In this document: positions 49,898 to 58,418 of the stretch, one piece after another
Numbering within the stretch: the stretch's first letter is position 1
Layout of the letters: each line of letters begins with the position of its first letter
Assembly (NCBI GenBank): GCA_963521575.1
Contig: CAUQVM010000001.1
Span: 285 to 64,284 of the forward strand
From: an uncultured Rothia sp.
GTDB taxonomy: Bacteria; Actinomycetota; Actinomycetes; Actinomycetales; Micrococcaceae
Direction of reading: 5' to 3'
Length of the DNA: 64,000 bases
Position numbers and translations under genes: made by a program
The notes under the pieces: model-generated
Told to the model about the DNA's origin: nothing
What the model saw: only the letters and a program-made list of their open reading frames with translations
Database searches by the model: none

Positions 49898-52141
49898 CTA
49901 CAGCCACTTTTCGAGGCGGTCCAGTGCCGTGAAGAAGCCCTCGCCATTGTTAATGTGGCCCTGCCAAATCTCAGGGATGAAGGAAGCCTTCGGAGCCAGT
50001 TCACGCAACTGCTTACCCAGCGCGGCCCAGTCCACGTCACCTTCGCCAACCTGTACACCCTCACCATCGACACCGGTGCCATCCACCAGGTGCAGGTGAA
50101 TCGACAGCGGTGCCAGTTGCTCAACAGCCTCCGACAGCGGAATGTTCAGGAAGTTGCAGGCGAGCATAGTGTGCGAGATATCCAGGCACAGCGCAGTGTC
50201 AAAGGCACGCGAGAATTCCGCGGTGTCCTTCGGGTCCAGGAATAGGTTGTGGTACTGCTGACCACCCATCAGCCAGGGATACGGAGGCAGAGTCTGGGCG
50301 GCCAGGCGCACGCCGGAGGCATCCAGGTGCTTCAGTGCCTCACCGATACGCTCGTACTTCTCAGCACGTGCGGACGCGGGGATATGCTTGTCCTTGGTGA
50401 AGCCACCCATGGTCACAACCATGACCGGATCCTCATCCACGGTGAAGTAGCGGGTCAGATCACGAGTAATGTCAATGGTGCGTTGCACCTCGGCGATGGA
50501 GCGCTCCCAAACCTCGGGGTCCTTGGAAGCCAAATCCACCAGGAAGTCACCGGCAAACAGGTCGGGCAAGTGTGTGGTGAAACCCATGTCTAGCTTGGAG
50601 TCGAAGACATCATCAATGTTGATTTCCAGGTCCTTGTAGGAGAAGTGGAACTCCAGGAAATCGGGCTTGGCCTCTTCAATCAGCGGCTTGTAGTCGTGGT
50701 AGCGAACCGGTAGACCCCAGGGGCGGTCAAACTTAAAGTCGCGGCGGGTGACCAGGTCATCCTTCAGGTCACCCTCGAAGAAGAATGAGCCTTCTTCAAC
50801 ATCGCGCTGTATGGTGCGGCCCACCAGCTGGTGCAGGTGGTTCGGCTGCAGGCCGCGCCCGGGGGACTTCACAGCCACGTCAGCCTCAGTCACGACCTCG
50901 CCCTTAGCAATGTGGCGGGTTGCCACGAGGGACTTTGCCAGGTTCACGCGGTTCATGAGCTCACCGGTGGACACCTCGCGGGGCGCAGCTGAGCCAATGG
51001 CGGACTCGACCTCGCGAATCTGCTGAACCATGGCCTTGAATTCCTCGGGTAGCAGCGAGACGGTGTGGTCATTACCCTCGAGAGTCTTATCGGTGGTGAA
51101 GTGCTTCTCGATAATCTTTGCACCGCGAGCCACAGCGGCGATCGGCACGTGGTAGCCGCGTTCATGACCCGAGTAGCCCACCAGGCACTGGCCAATCTCT
51201 GCCAGGCGATCCATGTAGGCCAGGTTCACGTCCTTAAAGGGTGCGGGGTAAGCCGACTGGCACTGCAGCAGGGAGTAGGATGCGCCGGCATTGCGTAGCA
51301 GAGCCACGGATTCACGGATTTCCTCCTCACGGCTCATACCGGTGGAAACCAGCATGGGCAGGCCGCGGGATGCAACATCGCGCAGTAGCTCGTGGTTGGT
51401 CAGGTCAGCGGAAGCAATCTTCATACCCTGAATACCGTAGTCAACCAGCGCCTGGACCGAGGGTGCGTCCCAGGGGGTGCACATAATGTCCATGTCGTGC
51501 TGCTTAACGTGATCGAAGACCTCGTACATCTGGTCCACGGTCAGGGAGAAGCGAGACAGCAGATCCAGGGTGTACTGCACGCCCAGGTCCTCACCAGCGG
51601 TAGCGGCGCCACGCTGGCGGTAGAGGGCATCCATATCGCGTAACTGGAACTTCACGGCATCGGCGCCGGACTCAACAGCCAGGTCCACAAGCTCCTTCGC
51701 AAAGTCCACACTACCCTGATGGTTGTTACCGATCTCGGCAATGATAAAGGCATGTGAATCCTCGCTAATGGTGTGCTTGCCAATGCGCAGAACGTCCTGT
51801 TCATCCATAGCCAGCGCCACGAGGTGGCCGCGCTCATCGGTCAGCGGCACGTGGTTAATGCCCTTGGCAAAGTAGCCGCGCAAAGTCTCGGGGTCAGCAT
51901 CGGCCGGCGCGGTCTGCGGAGTGGTGTTGGCGGCATCCAGCGCGCTGGTCTCCAGGGAGGCAGTCGGGTTAGCGATCAGCCAGCGGCGGAAGTCGCCGTC
52001 TGAGAGGGATCCGCGCAAAATACCGGACTCGTTGACCAGGAAGATAATGCGCTGACCGTTCGCGGAAATTTTCTGTAGCGCGGTAAGAATCGGGTCTTCG
52101 GCAAAGACCACATAGGGTGCAATATTGCGTTCGATAATCAC
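49898..52141 (-). CDS. neuB: Four-domain nonulosonic acid synthase: CBS pair, NeuB, SAF/AFP-like and AP-endonuclease-2/xylose-isomerase-like TIM barrel
   Basis: LSDGDFRR (CBS); IAEIGNNHQG, KFQ, KIAS, GYSGHE, IEKHFT (NeuB); KSPGRGL (SAF); LDISH, HLHLVD, VGEGDVDW, PEIW (TIM). Confidence 0.88.
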   Translation of the reverse strand: MIIERNIAPYVVFAEDPILTALQKISANGQRIIFLVNESGILRGSLSDGDFRRWLIANPTASLETSALDAANTTPQTAPADADPETLRGYFAKGINHVPLTDERGHLVALAMDEQDVLRIGKHTISEDSHAFIIAEIGNNHQGSVDFAKELVDLAVESGADAVKFQLRDMDALYRQRGAATAGEDLGVQYTLDLLSRFSLTVDQMYEVFDHVKQHDMDIMCTPWDAPSVQALVDYGIQGMKIASADLTNHELLRDVASRGLPMLVSTGMSREEEIRESVALLRNAGASYSLLQCQSAYPAPFKDVNLAYMDRLAEIGQCLVGYSGHERGYHVPIAAVARGAKIIEKHFTTDKTLEGNDHTVSLLPEEFKAMVQQIREVESAIGSAAPREVSTGELMNRVNLAKSLVATRHIAKGEVVTEADVAVKSPGRGLQPNHLHQLVGRTIQRDVEEGSFFFEGDLKDDLVTRRDFKFDRPWGLPVRYHDYKPLIEEAKPDFLEFHFSYKDLEINIDDVFDSKLDMGFTTHLPDLFAGDFLVDLASKDPEVWERSIAEVQRTIDITRDLTRYFTVDEDPVMVVTMGGFTKDKHIPASARAEKYERIGEALKHLDASGVRLAAQTLPPYPWLMGGQQYHNLFLDPKDTAEFSRAFDTALCLDISHTMLACNFLNIPLSEAVEQLAPLSIHLHLVDGTGVDGEGVQVGEGDVDWAALGKQLRELAPKASFIPEIWQGHINNGEGFFTALDRLEKWL

Positions 52142-52231
52142 GGGTTATGACCTTTTCGTTTGAGTGTTTAAGTCGAAAGCCTGAGTGCCGGTCAAGGCGG
52201 GCGGTAGCGAGAGCGCTACCGAAGGTGAAGG

Positions 52232-52960
52232 TTAGTTGCCTTCCTCCAGAATCTGAGTGAGCTGGTGTTCAGCCACGGAGAAGTCAATCGGCGCATCAAT
52301 ATCAACGCTCTCAACTTCATCGAGCATGAACAAGTCGATGGTACCGCCGGGGTATCCAGCCAAGCGGTTGTGGTGATCCATGTACACATGGGTCTTCGTA
52401 ATGTACATGGAACCGTTCTCACGGTAGCGGAAGGTCTCCTTCGTCAGTTCCTGACGACGCGGTCGGGCCATCACCTCGAAGGCTGCGGTAGGCTCGCCAT
52501 TGGCGTGCCAAGTCCAGATAAACGGACCAATCGGAATGACGCCAACCATTGAATCCTTGCCATTCTCGGCAAATTGGTGAATTGCGCGGGCTAGGGTTCC
52601 GGGCAGTCGCACCGGGCTGGTGGCCTGCAGGAGCATGACGGCCTCGGGTGCCCAGCCGTTTTCAGTGTAGAACTCAATGGCGTGCTCAATCACCGGCTCG
52701 GTGGCGGTGGTGTCCTCGGCCAGGTAAGCCGGACGCATGAAGGGCACCTCGGCACCGTATTCGCGAGCGATATCTGCCAGTTCAGCATCATCGGTGGAGA
52801 CGACGACGCGCACCTCGTGCTCGCCAGCGACCTCTTCCTTGGCCGCTAGGGCCTGCTCAATAGTCCAGGCCACGAGCGGTTTACGCGCGATGGGTCGCAG
52901 GTTCTTACGCGGAATGCCCTTCGAGCCGCCGCGCACGGGAATAACGCAGAGAATACGCAT
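52232..52960 (-). CDS. neuA: Acylneuraminate cytidylyltransferase (CMP-NulO synthetase)
   Basis: IPVRGGSKGIPRKN, LQATSP, RRQ, ENGSMY and DID motifs. Confidence 0.92.
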   Translation of the reverse strand: MRILCVIPVRGGSKGIPRKNLRPIARKPLVAWTIEQALAAKEEVAGEHEVRVVVSTDDAELADIAREYGAEVPFMRPAYLAEDTTATEPVIEHAIEFYTENGWAPEAVMLLQATSPVRLPGTLARAIHQFAENGKDSMVGVIPIGPFIWTWHANGEPTAAFEVMARPRRQELTKETFRYRENGSMYITKTHVYMDHHNRLAGYPGGTIDLFMLDEVESVDIDAPIDFSVAEHQLTQILEEGN

Positions 52961-54060
52961 TATGCCTCCAAAGTTTCGATAATAAGTTCAGCGATGCGGC
53001 GTGCCGGCTCCACGCTCGGCTGTGCCGGTGCCGGTGTGGGTTCATTTCCCCATCGGTTCATGCCGTAGCGGCCCCAAAACTCCACCAACCAAGCCGGTGG
53101 TGCCGGGTGGTATACCCACGCCGGGATACCGCGGATGGCAGCCTCCAACACACCGGTAGAGAAAATGGATACGACCGGGTTCGGCACCTCGTTCAGAGGG
53201 GTCCCGGAACGGTCAATACGAATGCCTTCCTTCTCCCACAGTTTATGGGTCAGGACAGATACCTTATCCTTCTCGCTCGGGTGCGGGCGGTAGACACCGC
53301 CATACTTCTTCAGGAAGGAATGGGAGGCATATGCGAAGGATGCGCGCGGCAACTCGGCGCCGTGCATCTGACCCAGGAAGACGGGCTCCAGATTGCTATC
53401 TTCCTGTGCCCGGGTGCCCGCTGCTTTCTGAGCAGCTAGGTAGAGTAGCTGTGAGCCCACCGCATGAGTGGTTACATCTCGGCGACCCGAGGCCCAGAAA
53501 TCGGCGTCAGCCTCGCTAAAGGCCAGCAACGTCGAGCCGACAGGTAGCGGCGGTGCCTGAGGTACGAGCAGGCCGTGCTGCACCACCCAGTACTGGGCGC
53601 CGATGGCACGGGAGTACTCGTAGGCGGCCGCACCGCGGGCCAGGTAGTGTCCCAAAGAGAGGACCACCCGAACGCCGGGAAGTAGTTCCGGTAGCTGGTC
53701 GGCGGTTACCTCGCGTTCGGTCCAGGCTTCTCGGGGGTAACGTTCGGTGGCGTACTGTCCGTTCAGGTACTCGGAGGCGTCTTCGGGAACCCACAGGGCT
53801 ACCCCCACATTTTCCAGGTACTTGAGTGGTTCCAGTATGGAGTTCCGGCTGGTCGGTGAGAATGAGTCGAGCACAATCAGTACGCGGGGTAGCGCGCCAC
53901 GGGTATACAGCACTCCACTGACGGGTGCCTCCTGCTCCCCCGCCTGGCCGCGCAGACGACCGAGGAGACCGCGCGCCTCTGTTTTGGCCCAGCGCAGGGT
54001 GTTCTGGCGCTTCTGCCAGGCTGCCCAAGCATCAATGTCGAGGGGATAGATTAGGCCCAT
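52960..54060 (-). CDS. Uncharacterised protein, candidate GT-B nonulosonate transferase
   Basis: Overlaps neuA and the cgeB-like gene; VVQHG, YRPHP and SIFSTG motifs. Confidence 0.5.
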   Translation of the reverse strand: MGLIYPLDIDAWAAWQKRQNTLRWAKTEARGLLGRLRGQAGEQEAPVSGVLYTRGALPRVLIVLDSFSPTSRNSILEPLKYLENVGVALWVPEDASEYLNGQYATERYPREAWTEREVTADQLPELLPGVRVVLSLGHYLARGAAAYEYSRAIGAQYWVVQHGLLVPQAPPLPVGSTLLAFSEADADFWASGRRDVTTHAVGSQLLYLAAQKAAGTRAQEDSNLEPVFLGQMHGAELPRASFAYASHSFLKKYGGVYRPHPSEKDKVSVLTHKLWEKEGIRIDRSGTPLNEVPNPVVSIFSTGVLEAAIRGIPAWVYHPAPPAWLVEFWGRYGMNRWGNEPTPAPAQPSVEPARRIAELIIETLEA

Positions 54061-55049
54061 AGCTGCTCCAAAATCTTTACACGCTGGTCAAAAGTGTGCT
54101 CTGCCAGGGTGCGCTTCTGCCCGGCTTCGCGAATACCTCGCGCCCACTTCGGGTCGCGGAAAATACGGGTGCAGATATCGATGAGCTCGTCGATGCTCTC
54201 GTACACCAGGACCTCTTCGCCCGGAATGTAGTAGCGATCCACATCGGGGCGGTCAATTACCTGCAGGGCGCCGACACCGGGGGCCTCAAAGGTGCGCATG
54301 GTGAAGCCATCCTGGTTATTGTGGATATTCAAGGTTGCCGGAGAAGACGCCATAATACCGTAGGCTTCAGAGCGGTCAATATCGCGGCCCGCGGGCACCC
54401 CGGAATCCTTAAACTGCTTGGTGCGCAGGATATCGTAGGGATGGCGAGACCAGGCACGGCCATAGGCACGCACCGGTAGGCCGGCGGCAACAAGAGCCTG
54501 CAGGGTTTCTTCGCGATTGGGGTACTTGGCGCCCACAAAGTTAATGGAATCTTCGCGCACAGGAATAATCGGGCAGTGGGTGTCGTAGGCATTGGGCATG
54601 TCCAACACCTCGAAGCCCTGCTCCCGCAGATGCTGCGCATCCAGCGGACTATAGCTGGCTAGCGAACCCAGATGATGCAGGTCCTCCTCGGTGTAGCTCA
54701 TACGGCGCATTTCATCGTAGAGCCACGTGCCGTAACGTACCCCGGAACTCTCCAGCAGATCCCACCACTCACGGCTGAGCATATCACCCTTGATAACCAA
54801 CACAATATCGGGTCGGAATTCCTGAAACGCCTCGATAGCTTTACGGGTGGCCTGCGCAGCGAAGCCCTCGGGACGGTACTTCTCGGGTAGCTCGTGGGCA
54901 AGCTTATTGAGGATACGTTCAGACAGGGTGCCGGGAGCATCGTAAATGTGCGTGTGCACATCGTAGCCGTGCACTTCCAGGGAAGCTTGGATGGCCTTCC
55001 AATACCCGTGAAATGCCGGTGATAGCAACAAGAGTTTAGGCTGAGTCAT
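54051..55049 (-). CDS. CgeB-family glycosyltransferase
   Basis: FVGAKYPNRE, TLNIH, TMRTFEA and EHTFDQR motifs; start at MTQPK. Confidence 0.82.
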   Translation of the reverse strand: MTQPKLLLLSPAFHGYWKAIQASLEVHGYDVHTHIYDAPGTLSERILNKLAHELPEKYRPEGFAAQATRKAIEAFQEFRPDIVLVIKGDMLSREWWDLLESSGVRYGTWLYDEMRRMSYTEEDLHHLGSLASYSPLDAQHLREQGFEVLDMPNAYDTHCPIIPVREDSINFVGAKYPNREETLQALVAAGLPVRAYGRAWSRHPYDILRTKQFKDSGVPAGRDIDRSEAYGIMASSPATLNIHNNQDGFTMRTFEAPGVGALQVIDRPDVDRYYIPGEEVLVYESIDELIDICTRIFRDPKWARGIREAGQKRTLAEHTFDQRVKILEQLWA

Positions 55050-55309
55050 ATGAGGTATGATTCCTATCGGCGTTTGCGTAGGAACCCGCAGGGCAGAGCC
55101 GTGCGGTGCCATGTGTTTGGAGTGAGTGAAGAGAGTGAAGTTCTACCTGCAACTGAAGGCAAAAAACATCTATTGAAATTCTACAACGAAAGCAGAAGAC
55201 GACACATGCTAATGCGGTGTGTCGCCTCCTACGTTCTGCAGCTTCCCCCATCAGCCGCTACCCGGGCTCAATGGGGAGGAGCGCACCCGCGCGAAACGGG
55301 ATGAGCCAC

Positions 55310-56230
55310 CTAGTTTTCGCGGCGTTCGGCCTTGGCAATACGATCCAGCTCAGTGGCCAGGAAACCGCGGGCATCCACGTCCTTATTCCACGTAGCACGC
55401 AGGGAGTTGATAACAAAGTTCGCGTAGCTGGTAGCGCGCAGCTCCACGGCCAGCTTCTTCTCCCAGCCCCACTTATTGGCATAGATAAAGCGGGCAGTGG
55501 TCAACCACTGCACGCGACGCTCCGAGGGTGAGGATCCACCACCCTCGTGGGTTACGGTGACCGAGGGAATCAGGTAACGAGCCACGCCAGCCTTGGAAAG
55601 GCGGTACTGAAAGTCCACCTCTTCGCTATTCATATAGAAGCGTTCATCCATGCCACCGAGGCGGTTGAAGATCGCGCGGGGTACCACCATGCAGGCACCC
55701 ATGACCCAGTCGACCTTCACATCCGAGGTGCCGGTGCAGGCCTGCACGTCATGGCCCACACCGCGGTGCCACCACGCGGTCGGCTTAAAACGTGCCAGCG
55801 GAGTGAACCATTCCCAAGCTACGTGCGCGGCGGTGGGAAATTTGCGGGCCACCCACTGTTGCTGGCCATCATGACCGATAACCTGGGGGCTTGCCAGAAC
55901 CTCACCGTGTGCCTCGACGGCGGCGAGCATGCGGGATACGAAGGTATCGTCCAGTTCCAGGTCGCTATTGAGGATAAAAACCAACTCGCCGGTTGCAGCA
56001 GCGACACCGGAGTTGACGGCTTTACCGAAGCCGCCATTCTCGGCGCGGCGCACCACGGTGACGCCTTCAACTTCCGGAAAGGGTACGGGCGAGACATCAT
56101 CGGAAACAATGATTTCGATGTCTTCGGGATTAATATTCTGTTGTGCACGCAGGGTCTCGATAATGGCGAGTACCGGTTCCGGCTCGCCGTAAAACGGAAT
56201 CACCGCAGAAACGCGGGGAGAGAAGGTCAT
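55310..56230 (-). CDS. Glycosyltransferase family 2, WbbL-like rhamnosyltransferase
   Basis: NGGFGKAVN, LNSD, VDWVMGAC and DERFYMNSEEVD motifs. Confidence 0.85.
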   Translation of the reverse strand: MTFSPRVSAVIPFYGEPEPVLAIIETLRAQQNINPEDIEIIVSDDVSPVPFPEVEGVTVVRRAENGGFGKAVNSGVAAATGELVFILNSDLELDDTFVSRMLAAVEAHGEVLASPQVIGHDGQQQWVARKFPTAAHVAWEWFTPLARFKPTAWWHRGVGHDVQACTGTSDVKVDWVMGACMVVPRAIFNRLGGMDERFYMNSEEVDFQYRLSKAGVARYLIPSVTVTHEGGGSSPSERRVQWLTTARFIYANKWGWEKKLAVELRATSYANFVINSLRATWNKDVDARGFLATELDRIAKAERREN

Positions 56231-56395
56231 GTATTACAATCTTTCTTGAGTGAGAGGGAAGATAATCCCGCTTCTAACGGGGCGTTATCGTCTCTAGGAT
56301 TATACAACTTCACCGCTTTTGTAGCTGTCCGTGCAACAGGCAAATACTCACCCACTATCGACTCACATTTCTTACCGTCCAAAGGGGATGTTCCC

Positions 56396-57358
56396 ATGGC
56401 TTCTGAGACCCCAGCCGTCACCGAATCGGAAAGGGTAGCCGAATATACCGTTCAGCATTCCGCTTTTAAACGCGCTATTAAGGCAACCTACGACTCTATC
56501 CGCCATAAGTACCTGGCAGAATATATTAACCTTCTGCGTCGGGGCGAGAAAATTATTCTTCTATCCTCTCCGATTTCCCGAGGTGGTAACTGGCTGTACC
56601 TATGGGCACGGGCCGCCACCCTGCGCCATCGGGGTACCGACAAGGCTTCACTACTCTACAGCCCCGGCATGGAGGCCTGGATCGAGGAGTTCCCGAAGCT
56701 TGCCTCTCTTACCGCACCGGCCTCGGAATACCGTTTCTTAACCCGCCGCAGCGGCTATTTCCCCGCGGACGTAAAAACGGACATTACCGAAGAAGATTTG
56801 CACTATTTTATTCGAGAGTATCTGCTCACATCGGATACGTTTTCTCACCGCCTCCAGAAAGTAAAGAATGTCCTGGATGAGAATTCACTCGTGATTAATA
56901 TTCGTCGCGGCGACTATTATTCAGTACCCCAGATTAATAAAGTTTTTGGTATTGACACGGTGGCCTACGTCGAGGAAGCGGTAAAGAAGCTCCAGGAAAC
57001 TGTCACGCCCTCAAAGATTATCTTTGTGTCAGACGATCTACAGTGGTGTGAGGAAAACCTCTCACACCTTGATACACTCGCCCCCTGTATTTTTAAAAAG
57101 CAGGGTGAAGGCATGTTTGATGACCTGGCTGTTGTCGCCAGTGCCCCCTACCTCATCGTGACGAATACGACCTTCGGTTATTGGGGGGCCTACATCGGTG
57201 AGCTAGTGAACCAGAAGCTGGTTCTCTCCCCCGATATTCACCAGGTAATCTCTACCGAGGCGCGTCTTTACCAGGAGCGCCCACAGATGCACCGCGCCCG
57301 TTGGGTCGCTGTTCACCATCCCGAAGGCAAGAACTGGATTACGGGTGAGGCGCAATGA
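56396..57358 (+). CDS. GT11-family (alpha-1,2-fucosyltransferase-like) glycosyltransferase
   Basis: GGNWL, NIRRGDY, FVSDD and NTTFGYWGA motifs; AAGGGG RBS before ATG 56396. Confidence 0.8.
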   Translation: MASETPAVTESERVAEYTVQHSAFKRAIKATYDSIRHKYLAEYINLLRRGEKIILLSSPISRGGNWLYLWARAATLRHRGTDKASLLYSPGMEAWIEEFPKLASLTAPASEYRFLTRRSGYFPADVKTDITEEDLHYFIREYLLTSDTFSHRLQKVKNVLDENSLVINIRRGDYYSVPQINKVFGIDTVAYVEEAVKKLQETVTPSKIIFVSDDLQWCEENLSHLDTLAPCIFKKQGEGMFDDLAVVASAPYLIVTNTTFGYWGAYIGELVNQKLVLSPDIHQVISTEARLYQERPQMHRARWVAVHHPEGKNWITGEAQ

Positions 57359-58326
57359 TTAACACCCTCAAATCTATCAAGCATCAGATCTTCCTACAGA
57401 AGGTAAACCGGGAAAAGAAACGCGCCGCCCTGGCACACCGTGAGAGCCGCGAGTTTAAGCAACGCTACGCCTCGCTTGAAGAGACATTTACCCGCACCGA
57501 ATTGCCCACCGGCCCCTTTATCTGGGGCATTGCCATGGTAAAGAATGAAGCGGATATTATTGAGCGAACCATCCGTCACCTCTTCGACCAGGGGGTGGAA
57601 CGCATCCTTGTAGCCGACAATGGATCCACCGATGGAACCTATGAGCTACTGCTCACACTGAGCGAAACTCTGCCGGTGTACGTCATCCAGGACCGTGAAG
57701 TGGCCTACTACCAATCGGAGAAGATGACCTGGTTGGCAGATCGCGTCACCGAAGCGGGTGCTGAATGGATTATTCCCTTTGACGCTGACGAATTCTGGTA
57801 CGGTATTTCTGCACCCCTAGCCGAGGTTCTGCGTTCGCAAAAGGGTCGGACCGTCGAGCTGACGAAACTGTACAATATCTTCCCCAGCGTTGATGGAACC
57901 TACTTCAATATTGACCCGAAGCCCTACTGGGATCTGAAGGTTTGCTTCACCGCGTGGGAGGGGTCCGTTATTACGATGGGCAACCACGAAGTGATAACGC
58001 CCGGCGTGCAGAAACTCGACGAAGTCGTTATTATCCACTACCCCTGGCGCTCCATTGAGCAGTTTACCCGCAAAATGCGTCAGGGCGCTAAGGCTCTAGA
58101 GGCTACCGACCTGCCCGAGCATATGGGATACCACTGGCGCAAGAATGCATATATAACTACCGAAACGGCTGCGCCCCTCTGGGAGATGCTACTGGAGGGT
58201 AAGGCTCAGGACTATCCCATCGCTTGGCAAACCCAGGGAGAGCTCAAGCCAATTGGCTCGCGTGTTCCCCGCCAATTCGGTGAGGTGGCAGATTTGCTGG
58301 AGAAGAAGACAAGTACGGGACTTTAG
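57355..58326 (+). CDS. Glycosyltransferase family 2 (Glyco_tranf_2_4-like)
   Basis: MVKNEADII, ADNGSTDGT and WIIPFDADEFW motifs; ATGA overlap with the GT11 gene. Confidence 0.85.
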   Translation: MINTLKSIKHQIFLQKVNREKKRAALAHRESREFKQRYASLEETFTRTELPTGPFIWGIAMVKNEADIIERTIRHLFDQGVERILVADNGSTDGTYELLLTLSETLPVYVIQDREVAYYQSEKMTWLADRVTEAGAEWIIPFDADEFWYGISAPLAEVLRSQKGRTVELTKLYNIFPSVDGTYFNIDPKPYWDLKVCFTAWEGSVITMGNHEVITPGVQKLDEVVIIHYPWRSIEQFTRKMRQGAKALEATDLPEHMGYHWRKNAYITTETAAPLWEMLLEGKAQDYPIAWQTQGELKPIGSRVPRQFGEVADLLEKKTSTGL

Positions 58327-58418
58327 CCAAGCCTCGGCCTGCCTCGTCCTCGCAATCCATAAAGATACACATTCGGATATCAGGGCGGATACCCGGCTGG
58401 CGGTTCGATGGCCCTAAT

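Noticed and set aside
55547..56395. Apparent 283-aa N-terminal extension of the GT11 ORF
   Set aside because: It is mostly antisense to the GT2 at 55310-56230. A good RBS and ATG at 56396 explain the real gene.
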